36,137 nt of DNA. Origin: an uncultured bacterium (GTDB taxonomy: Bacteria > Patescibacteriota > Minisyncoccia > UBA6257 > 2-01-FULL-56-20). The stretch spans positions 1 to 36,137 of the forward strand of contig CAVOJZ010000001.1 in NCBI GenBank assembly GCA_963696395.1. Direction: 5' to 3'. This document shows, one piece after another, positions 17,569 to 24,585 of the stretch. The notes under the pieces were generated by a model. That model was not told where the DNA came from. It did no database searches and was given only the letters and a program-made list of their open reading frames with translations. A program made the position numbers and the translations under genes. The first letter of the stretch is position 1. Each line of letters begins with the position of its first letter.

Positions 17569-17676
17569 TTCAGATATGTATGTCGTAAAATCTACCTTGT
17601 GCGACAGGTAGGAACTTTGAAGCAGGCTATTCCCTCCAGCCGTACAGTATGTAAGAATAGCTCAGCAAACAAGTCT

Positions 17677-18318
17677 ATGGGAAAACGACTCACAATTATT
17701 TTTTTTATTATTTTCATTCTGGGTTTTTTCAATTACGTCGGAGCTGTCCTAGTTAAAGCCATTACTCCTAGCGGTTTTTCAATTATGGCTCCCGTGGGCT
17801 CTGGCGCGGAGCTCGCTTCAGCAGATTCGTTGTCTGCCATAAGCTTTAATTTGTTTAGCAAGAACGGAAAAGGTTGGAGCTATGTAACACAAGGATACGG
17901 CCGAACCCCCTACTCGGCGTGGTACGTTAATGGATGGCACAACGGCATTGATATTGCAGCACGCTATGGAGCGCCGATTTATTCTCCGCGCGAGGGCGTT
18001 GTCATCGCAACCGGCAACCAGGACAACTATTGCCCGGGACGCGGCTTCGGCAAATTTGTCGCCGTGAGCGATCCCGGCGATGGCGTTGTTCTTTGGTATG
18101 CGCACCTTGGACAAATAATGGTTTCTAGCGGACAATCCATAGAGAAAGGTGTCCAAATCGGGACGATCGGTGAAACCGGACTTGAAACCGGAACGCATCT
18201 ACACTTTTCAGTTTTTGAAGCAACCGGCTTCTCGATTAAGGATAAAAATGGATGCGGACCGGACGCCGACGGCAGAGATGTTAATCCGGTTCCCTACCTC
18301 GAGGCGTTTTCGAACTAG
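17677..18318 (+). CDS. M23 family metallopeptidase with N-terminal membrane anchor
   Basis: Zn motifs WHNGIDI (HxxxD) and GTHLHF (HxH); YAHL; GTIGETG. Start placed at ATG 17677 (MGKRLTIIFF). Confidence 0.9.
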   Translation: MGKRLTIIFFIIFILGFFNYVGAVLVKAITPSGFSIMAPVGSGAELASADSLSAISFNLFSKNGKGWSYVTQGYGRTPYSAWYVNGWHNGIDIAARYGAPIYSPREGVVIATGNQDNYCPGRGFGKFVAVSDPGDGVVLWYAHLGQIMVSSGQSIEKGVQIGTIGETGLETGTHLHFSVFEATGFSIKDKNGCGPDADGRDVNPVPYLEAFSN

Positions 18319-18321
18319 GCC

Positions 18322-19674
18322 ATGAAGAAAATTCATTTTGTAGGTATCGGCGGTATAGGCATGAGTGCGCTTGCGCGATATTTTTTAGCCCAGAAATTAG
18401 CCGTCTCGGGCTCCGACGCCGCCGAAAGCAATATCACAAAAGCCCTCCGAAAAGAGGGGTTAAACGTCAAAATTGGGCATAAAAAGGGCTATATCGGATC
18501 CGATACGAGGCTCGTCGTCTATAATCGGGCCATTCCGATGAATAATCCTGAAATTCTTGCCGCCAAGCATTTTGGGATTCCCGTCGTCCCCTACGCAAAA
18601 GTTCTCGGTGAAATTACAAGAAGTCATGAAACAATTGCGATTACCGGATCCCACGGAAAAACAACCACAACGGCGCTTGCGGGTATCGTCCTTCTGAAAA
18701 ATAATTTCGACCCGACCATTTTGATCGGATCCAATCTGACCGAGCTTGGCGGCAAAAATGTCCGTATCGGGCGAAGCCCACATTTGGTCCTTGAGGCAGA
18801 CGACTTCGGCGCCGCTTTCCTCGAGTACACCCCAAAGATTGCAATTGTAACCAATATTGACCGAGAGCATCTCGATTTCTATAAATCATTCGCGAATTTA
18901 AAAAATGCATTTCTACTTTTTCTTTCACACGTAGAAAAGGGTGGCGCGATGATATTGAATAGTGACGACAAAAATCTTTTCGCGCTCAAATCGAAAATTT
19001 CTGCGATCGGCAGAAAAAAGCACGTACGTGTAATCTGGTACTCGCATAAGAATAACTATGCGCGCAAACTTAAAAAAGTATTAAAGATTTCCGGCGAACA
19101 TAACGTTTCGAATGCCGCGGCGGTGTACGAACTCGGAGGCTTGCTCAATATCCCTGAACGAAATATTTTACGCGCTCTTGGATCGTATCGCGGCGCCTGG
19201 CGACGCATGGAGTTTCGCGGAACAACAAAAGTGGCTAAGCGGGCAACAGTCGTATTCGATGACTACGCCCACCATCCAACCGAAATCAAGGCAACCCTTT
19301 CGGCTTTTCGTGAGAAATTTCCAACGGCGCCGCTTGTCTGTGTTTTTCAGCCCCACCAAGCTCAGCGACTGGATTCGCTTTTCAGCGAGTTCCGAGATGC
19401 TTTTGAAACTGCCGATGCAACCGTCATTCTTCCTCTCTATCACGTCAAAGGAAGGGATTTCATCGCAAAGCATAGCGCGCGCGATCTTGTCCGGGCAATG
19501 AATGACAAGTATCCGACTAGCAGTGTTCTATATTGCGCCGATCCGAAGCTAATACGTACCGTCCTTGCTCGCGCCATAGAGCCGTTTAAAACTCCCCGCT
19601 CCCCTGTTCTTGTCATGATGGGCGCTGGCGATATCGTTAAAATCACCGACCGGCTTATTGGACAACGTCAGTAA
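18322..19674 (+). CDS. murC: UDP-N-acetylmuramate--L-alanine ligase
   Basis: IHFVGIGGIGMSALA, AITGSHGKTTTT, VLEADDF, VTNIDREHLD, GEHNVSNA, DDYAHHPTEI and FQPH. Confidence 0.95.
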   Translation: MKKIHFVGIGGIGMSALARYFLAQKLAVSGSDAAESNITKALRKEGLNVKIGHKKGYIGSDTRLVVYNRAIPMNNPEILAAKHFGIPVVPYAKVLGEITRSHETIAITGSHGKTTTTALAGIVLLKNNFDPTILIGSNLTELGGKNVRIGRSPHLVLEADDFGAAFLEYTPKIAIVTNIDREHLDFYKSFANLKNAFLLFLSHVEKGGAMILNSDDKNLFALKSKISAIGRKKHVRVIWYSHKNNYARKLKKVLKISGEHNVSNAAAVYELGGLLNIPERNILRALGSYRGAWRRMEFRGTTKVAKRATVVFDDYAHHPTEIKATLSAFREKFPTAPLVCVFQPHQAQRLDSLFSEFRDAFETADATVILPLYHVKGRDFIAKHSARDLVRAMNDKYPTSSVLYCADPKLIRTVLARAIEPFKTPRSPVLVMMGAGDIVKITDRLIGQRQ

Positions 19675-19750
19675 CGGTGTAACAATCGCGATTATATTCC
19701 GTTTTTATCTATCAGAACCTTTGGCCGCAAACTTTTCGTTGGAGGCGCGT

Positions 19751-20134
19751 ATGCAAGAGCTCAAGAAAGCGAATGTGGTCGGCTATTCATCGCAAGACAG
19801 CATTCGCAAATTTTTTCCGATCTGGATTTGCCGGGAACCAATTGTAATTCCAGAAGTAAGTTTTGACATCGACGAACCCATAATCCTACCTTCGCATCCG
19901 GAAGGGATTAAGCGGCTCACCGCATGCAACGTCGAACACGTAAAAGCGGTTGCCAAGAATTTTGTCCACGTCTTGATGTACGGACAACTGAAAGGCGGTT
20001 CGTCTTTCCTTGCAATTTGCGACATCACGACAGGACGTGGGGCGATCATTATCGGAGCAGAAAGAAAATCCACGAGGCCTTCTCAAAGGGGCCTCGCTTT
20101 TGTTATGATGAGGCATAATGTTTGGCGATTTTAA
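19751..20134 (+). CDS. Hypothetical protein (127 aa, orphan)
   Basis: GGAGG at 19741-19745 lies 5 nt before ATG 19751, and the ORF fills the gap between murC and the nuclease. No recognisable motif. The 3' end overlaps the next gene by 17 nt. Confidence 0.5.
   Translation: MQELKKANVVGYSSQDSIRKFFPIWICREPIVIPEVSFDIDEPIILPSHPEGIKRLTACNVEHVKAVAKNFVHVLMYGQLKGGSSFLAICDITTGRGAIIIGAERKSTRPSQRGLAFVMMRHNVWRF
20073..20101 (+). terminator. Terminator-like hairpin
   Basis: CGAGGCC(20073-79)/GGCCTCG(20090-96) stem followed by CTTTT. Confidence 0.45.
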
Positions 20135-20888
20135 AAACAGCACTGACTTTAAAGAACAGTGTGGCTACACCATTGACGACGTTTGGTATCCGCGCGTCAC
20201 GAAGATTGTGAGCATAAAGTCAAAGCCGGCTCTCTATTATTACTACGGTGAAGCAAAAAGCTATAAGGCTGCCCAAGATGCAACCGAGCAGTCTGCAAAG
20301 GAGGGCACAATGATCCATGAGGCCGTAGAAGGACTTCTTCTCGGAAAGAATCCTGAGATTCCCGAACAAATTGCGCCTGCCGTGAAATCGTTTTGGGAAT
20401 TTTTCCAGAAAAATAATATTCAGGTGACACCCGATCGTGTTGAGCGGCGGATTGTGAATTATGATCATCGCTACGCCGGAACCGTTGATGCGATAGCGAT
20501 GATCGGAGGAAGGCTTGGCGTGCTCGACATCAAGACATCACAAGCAATCTATCGTGATTACTGTTTGCAAACCTCGGCTTATATGGATGCCCTGAAAGGC
20601 CAATTTAAAGATCTTGAAACGCGCTGGATACTAAAAATTGACCAGGTTCAATATTGCGACCATTGCGGAGCCCGCCGGCGCATTAAGGGTGGCAACGAAA
20701 AAATAAAAATTGACTGGAGGAATCGACAAATGAAAACCTGTGAACACGTATGGGGTCCCCTCGCGGGCGATATTGAATTGCAAGAGTTTCCATCCTGGCA
20801 GAGCGATTTTGAAGCATTTCTTGGGGCAAAACGCCTTTGGGAATGGGAAAACGAAGGGTGGCTAAAGGCCGTAGGATATATGGCGTGA
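20118..20888 (+). CDS. PD-(D/E)XK nuclease superfamily protein (RecB/YqaJ-like) with a putative Zn-binding insert
   Basis: GT.IH67, E109, YAGTVD124, LD137IK139T and Q151xxxY155; C180xxC183 ... C208xH210. Confidence 0.85.
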   Translation: MFGDFKNSTDFKEQCGYTIDDVWYPRVTKIVSIKSKPALYYYYGEAKSYKAAQDATEQSAKEGTMIHEAVEGLLLGKNPEIPEQIAPAVKSFWEFFQKNNIQVTPDRVERRIVNYDHRYAGTVDAIAMIGGRLGVLDIKTSQAIYRDYCLQTSAYMDALKGQFKDLETRWILKIDQVQYCDHCGARRRIKGGNEKIKIDWRNRQMKTCEHVWGPLAGDIELQEFPSWQSDFEAFLGAKRLWEWENEGWLKAVGYMA

Positions 20889-20964
20889 AACGAGTCAGGT
20901 CTGAATATCGTATAATTAAGAAGTAAAGGGTCGATATCAATTTAACCATAAAAACAATACATCT

Positions 20965-21306
20965 ATGTCAAAAACAGCAATTTGGTCAGTCGTTGTGATC
21001 GTCGTGCTTGCCATTGCAGGCGGACTTTTGTGGTGGAACATGAATCAGGGACAAAGTGCAGTCCAAACATCGAACAACGCTGCTCCCGCAGCGACGACGG
21101 CAGAAAACACCCCCTCGGTGGCATCAACATCAAGCAATGGTAATCCGAGCCAATCCGAAGCTGTAGCGTTGCCGAGTGGCAATTCCGATCAGGCCATCAA
21201 TCAGGAATTGACGGATATAAACACCCAGATGAACGGATTGAATTCCGATTCTGCAAGTGTGAACCAAAGCGAAAACGATCAGCCGGTACAGCAAACACAG
21301 TTATAA
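20965..21306 (+). CDS. Small single-pass membrane protein with low-complexity Ser/Asn/Gln ectodomain
   Basis: N-terminal TM (AIWSVVVIVVLAIAGGLLWW), a polar tail and a short predicted helix DQAINQELTDINTQMNGL. TATAAT at 20912-20917. Confidence 0.8.
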   Translation: MSKTAIWSVVVIVVLAIAGGLLWWNMNQGQSAVQTSNNAAPAATTAENTPSVASTSSNGNPSQSEAVALPSGNSDQAINQELTDINTQMNGLNSDSASVNQSENDQPVQQTQL

Positions 21307-21330
21307 ACGTCGAAATTACCCACCACACTC

Positions 21331-22215
21331 ATGAAACAGAAATTTAATTCGTTCGCCGCCATCTGCGGGGCGATCCTTATCAGCGCCTCAAGCGTTGCAA
21401 TCCCCGCTTTTGCAGCAACATCTGCCGATCTTGGCGTGTCGGCCCCGCCGATCGCTTCAGGAACTGTCATTGGTCACGTCGGTCTTGGTAGTACCACTCG
21501 CAGTGGAAACATAACGGCTGCCCGTGCCAATCTAATCACAAAAGCCGGCAATGCCGCCAATCAGGAAATTACTCGTCGAATAACAGCGTTAAACGCCTTG
21601 AGCACGCGGGTGAATGCCATGGTAAAACTTTCCGCCGATGAAAAAAGCACGATCTCCGCTTCAATCCAGTCGCAGATAACCTTGATGAATAACCTTCAGG
21701 CCCAAATCACGGCTGACATCAATTCCGGAGCGACGTCATCTCTTAAGATGGATATCCAATCAATAACAAAATCCTACCGGATTTTCGCTTTGATACTCCC
21801 CCAGGGAACTATTGAAGCGGCTGTCGATCGGATACTGGACATCGCAGGTATCCTGTCTGATCTTTCAACCAAGCTTCAGGCGCGAATTTCCGCGGCTCCT
21901 TCAACAACCAATGTCTCCGGAGCGCAGGGGGCACTCACTGACATGAATGCGAAAGTTGCCGATGCAATTGCGCAGGCAAATGCGGCTAACAGCGAAATTG
22001 CTCCGCTTGTCCCCGACAATGGCGATGCAACGATTATGAAATCGAACACCGCCGCGCTCAAGGATGCACGATCAAAGATCCAGGCTGCGCAGAAAGACTT
22101 AACAGCAGCCCAGAAAGACGCCAACACGATCGCGAAGGATCTGCGGGTGCAAACGGTTAATACAGCGACCACAACGGCAGTTTCTGCGAGCACAAGCGCA
22201 AACGTAAGTCAGTAG
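21331..22215 (+). CDS. Secreted, largely alpha-helical/coiled-coil protein
   Basis: Signal peptide ending IPAFA; Ala/Gln/Thr-rich heptad-like helices; 294 aa. Confidence 0.8.
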   Translation: MKQKFNSFAAICGAILISASSVAIPAFAATSADLGVSAPPIASGTVIGHVGLGSTTRSGNITAARANLITKAGNAANQEITRRITALNALSTRVNAMVKLSADEKSTISASIQSQITLMNNLQAQITADINSGATSSLKMDIQSITKSYRIFALILPQGTIEAAVDRILDIAGILSDLSTKLQARISAAPSTTNVSGAQGALTDMNAKVADAIAQANAANSEIAPLVPDNGDATIMKSNTAALKDARSKIQAAQKDLTAAQKDANTIAKDLRVQTVNTATTTAVSASTSANVSQ

Positions 22216-22242
22216 GATTTACGGCAAAACTTACTCATATTT

Positions 22243-22269
22243 AAAAGCGCTCCTCACTGGGGCGCTTTT
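22243..22269. terminator. Bidirectional intrinsic terminator
   Basis: AAAAGCGC-TCC-TCACT-GGG-GCGCTTTT: an 8-bp perfect stem plus 3 further pairs (one G-U), with A4/T4 flanks, 28 nt after the stop at 22215. Confidence 0.8.
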
Positions 22270-22298
22270 AAATTTTCGATGTTAAACAATCGCCGGAT

Positions 22299-22331
22299 AA
22301 AAAAACCCCAGCTTCTTTGAAGATAGCTGGG
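22299..22331 (-). terminator. Intrinsic terminator closing the large minus-strand RNA
   Basis: The minus strand reads CCCAGCT-ATCTTCAAAGA-AGCTGGG-G-TTTTTTT: a 7-bp perfect stem followed by U7. Confidence 0.8.
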
Positions 22332-23003
22332 ATTGCATTCCCAAGGAGAAGGCGGCGCCAGAGGGTGAACTCCAGCCATTCTAACGATCGAAATCGTCAG
22401 TCAAGTTGGAGCACAAGCTCTGCGCTCGGCCATCTCCGCTGGAAATGTTGTAAAGAGTTTTTTCTACGATCAAGGGTTAAGCCTCGACCAAGCAGCGTTA
22501 TTGGAAAAAATTGGCTTCGATCTTTCGATCGATCGCTACTTTCAGGTAATCGGATTTCCTGCACCACATAAGGCAACAGCACAACCATTGCCGACCCTAA
22601 GTTAGTTTTCGTTTGCGCTTTTCAACGCTCACGACAACAAGTCCTTTGGAACAACGGTTACCATTGTGCCGACTGTAACGCAGATCCTTTCATCTGAGCA
22701 GGCAGGTCGATTCAGTGTATCAACCCGAGTCACTTCGCGCACTTCGGCGTTTGGTTCTCTGCGAACAGAAACCCTAACGTTTTATTTGCACTACGCAACC
22801 CACACTTCCATTACTGGAAGTGCCCCGAGCTTTTTCCGGCTCGAACTCTCTACTTATCGCCTAACCATGCCGCCTACAAACTTTCGTACAACGTCGCCTT
22901 GCGGTTCTGTTGTCGCCTTTGCGCTGCCGCTCTGGCGATTGCTTGCTAGCCTTGGTCAAGCAGATTCTTCCGTTCAATTTGTAATACCCGCTTGGGGTTC
23001 CTG
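22299..23003 (-). ncRNA. Large (~700 nt) highly structured non-coding RNA candidate, GOLLD/ROOL-class (family unverified)
   Basis: No credible ORF in about 890 bp. It has its own promoter (23010-23037) and terminator (22299-22331), at least ten hairpins whose G-U pairs and GNRA/UUCG loops read correctly on the minus strand, and complementary 5' and 3' segments. Confidence 0.78.
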
Positions 23004-23009
23004 ATATCC

Positions 23010-23037
23010 ATACTACGGCATATAAAAATCGAGTCAA
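23010..23037 (-). promoter_or_regulatory. Sigma70-type promoter for the large RNA
   Basis: Minus strand TTGACT(23037-23032)-N16-TAGTAT(23015-23010); predicted start near 23003. Confidence 0.7.
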
Positions 23038-23041
23038 TAGC

Positions 23042-23063
23042 AAAAAAGGCCATTTTAGGCCTT
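23042..23063 (-). terminator. Terminator-like hairpin ending the upstream minus-strand gene pair
   Basis: Minus strand AAGGCC-TAAAAT-GGCCTT-TTTT, between the stop at 23109 and the RNA promoter. Confidence 0.55.
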
Positions 23064-23108
23064 AAAATGCTAATAAACTGAATAACCTGTGGAATCGCTG
23101 TGGAGAAA

Positions 23109-23789
23109 TTACTGCCAAACCGTCGAAACAGGCACCATTTCCGAGTATTGCACCGATGGGAGGGTTGACGTAGGCATAGTGAGCGATCCAACTTCCGCCA
23201 TCCAAACGCTTGAACTTGAGTTCAAGTCACCAAAAATCATACTTTCCCCAGGATTCGGCGAGCTGCAAGCGTAATAACCAATTGTGCCGCTTGCCGTGAA
23301 TGGCCTGGTCCCGGTAAATGGTGTGCAATAAGTCCCGTCAGCAAGTTGCACCGCCCAAGCCCAGTTGGTTGGCACTGTTACCGGAGTGGATGTCGCCGGC
23401 AAGGCTTTCGTCAGGTGTAATACAAACGTGGATGTTGCATACGGACCCTCGGCTGGATTTATGCCGCACAGCAGATCTTTGCTTCCCAAGATCTGGAAAC
23501 AAGGATCGCTGATGGCATTTCCAACGGTACAACGCCACGCATCGCTTCGGTAAGGAGCTGCGATTGAGTTCGTAAAGCAGGTTCCATTTTCAATCGGCGT
23601 ACTACTTGCTGGAGCACTTGCGGCAAAGGTAACCACCTGCGTTGGATTCGCTGCAACAGCCGGTGTCTCTCCCGCTGGCGTTTGGCTTGTATTCGAATTG
23701 ATGTTCGAAAAAGCAAAAAATTGCCCGACGCCGAACAAGATCACAATAAAGAAAACAATTATAGCTCCAATTTTGCTGGTTTTGTTCAT
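23109..23789 (-). CDS. Membrane-anchored extracellular protein with six-Cys domain
   Basis: N-terminal TM (IGAIIVFFIVILFGVGQFFAF), a Thr/Pro/Ala linker, then GTCF, WRCT, DPCF, LLCG, TYCT and YACS. Confidence 0.8.
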   Translation of the reverse strand: MNKTSKIGAIIVFFIVILFGVGQFFAFSNINSNTSQTPAGETPAVAANPTQVVTFAASAPASSTPIENGTCFTNSIAAPYRSDAWRCTVGNAISDPCFQILGSKDLLCGINPAEGPYATSTFVLHLTKALPATSTPVTVPTNWAWAVQLADGTYCTPFTGTRPFTASGTIGYYACSSPNPGESMIFGDLNSSSSVWMAEVGSLTMPTSTLPSVQYSEMVPVSTVWQ

Positions 23790-24509
23790 TTATTTGAACT
23801 GGAAGGTCTGAACGATGCGATCCAAAAGCGAGGTTATCTGGTTGTCGTCAAACGGTTTTAGATTGTACTGTGCCGGGTAGCTTGCAATTTGACCGGAATG
23901 AACCGTGTATTCAATGGCGTAACACTGTCCCCCGTGCAGTGTCCGATAACTGGTTGTCTCGTAATAATTCCCGGCGCCGGCGTCCGCAGACTTAAAAACA
24001 GTAAATTGAACGCCGTTAATCATCGCCGTCGTGCTCGCGGTTGATGGGCCTCCGGTTTGATCGGGCGCCAAGCAGTCAGCGATTGCGTTATTGTTGCGGC
24101 TGCTGCCAACCGTGAGTTTCGCATCGGCAAAATTTGTTTGCGGTTCGAATGCCGATGGGACGGTTATGGCAAAAAATTGGTTGCCCTGACTACCGTTTGC
24201 TCCGAGCCGCCAATCCGGGGTCGGGGTCAGTGTGTAATTCTGGTCAACCGAAAAATCGATCGGGTAGGCAATGCTAAATCCCCCATTATCGCTTTGCCCA
24301 ACCTGCCACTCTGATGGATTCGAATAATAACTCGCACCACTATCGCCGGATGTTGTTATGACGGATGTTTGACCCATTTGATTCGCCTGCGCAATGGTTT
24401 CGCCATATTGAATGCCGTAGTAAAAACCAATAAATGGAAAAACAACGAAGATTGCGGCTGCAATCAGCTTTGAATACCACGTCACTCGATGCCATTCGAT
24501 GTTCGCCAT
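23790..24509 (-). CDS. Membrane-anchored extracellular protein, possibly PsbP/Mog1-like fold
   Basis: N-terminal TM; GGFSIAYPIDF and a terminal YAIEYT...LLDRIVQTFQF, a pattern I associate with PsbP-like domains (fold call is tentative). Abuts the downstream gene. Confidence 0.75.
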   Translation of the reverse strand: MANIEWHRVTWYSKLIAAAIFVVFPFIGFYYGIQYGETIAQANQMGQTSVITTSGDSGASYYSNPSEWQVGQSDNGGFSIAYPIDFSVDQNYTLTPTPDWRLGANGSQGNQFFAITVPSAFEPQTNFADAKLTVGSSRNNNAIADCLAPDQTGGPSTASTTAMINGVQFTVFKSADAGAGNYYETTSYRTLHGGQCYAIEYTVHSGQIASYPAQYNLKPFDDNQITSLLDRIVQTFQFK

Positions 24510-24585
24510 AATATTTTGATTATATGCCTTTGCTCAGTTTTATGATAGGGTGTGGACAGTAACTTCGCAGCGAAAGGGGTCGTTT

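Noticed and set aside
17569-17676. c-di-AMP (ydaO) riboswitch upstream of the M23 peptidase
   Set aside because: Only vague AATC...TAGG similarity; the 108-nt spacer is short and lacks the conserved GCUGAA and CAGCUAAC elements.
20118-20888. Cas4 assignment for the nuclease
   Set aside because: There is no CRISPR array or other cas gene in the window, and the Cys spacing (CxxC-x24-CxH, internal) does not match the Cas4 Fe-S arrangement.
22602-22616. Minus-strand GCAAACGAAAACTAA (A-N-E-N-stop) resembles the start of a tmRNA tag (ANDENY...)
   Set aside because: It stops after four codons, and there is no tRNA-like acceptor or T-arm and no GGGGC 5' end or CCA end in the region.
22540-22850. 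RNase P-like (CAGGAAATCCG) or group II intron domain V-like (GAGCCGG) fragments in the large RNA
   Set aside because: The RNase P GAGGAAAGUCC/ACAGAA..CGGCUUA pair is not present in the right order. The GAGCCGG lies in a short 5-bp hairpin, not a domain V helix near a 3' end. No host gene is interrupted and there is no RT ORF. A cmscan should still confirm this.
23088-23107. Two DnaA-box-like 9-mers (TGTGGAATC, TGTGGAGAA) upstream of the RNA promoter
   Set aside because: They have three and one mismatches respectively, which is too weak without conservation data.
22317-23191. Short ORFs over the large RNA (22317-22571+, 22397-22588-, 22666-23004+, 22861-23043-, 22946-23191-)
   Set aside because: They have no motifs, atypical composition, non-ATG or unsupported starts and mutual overlap; the stems and tetraloops explain the sequence better.
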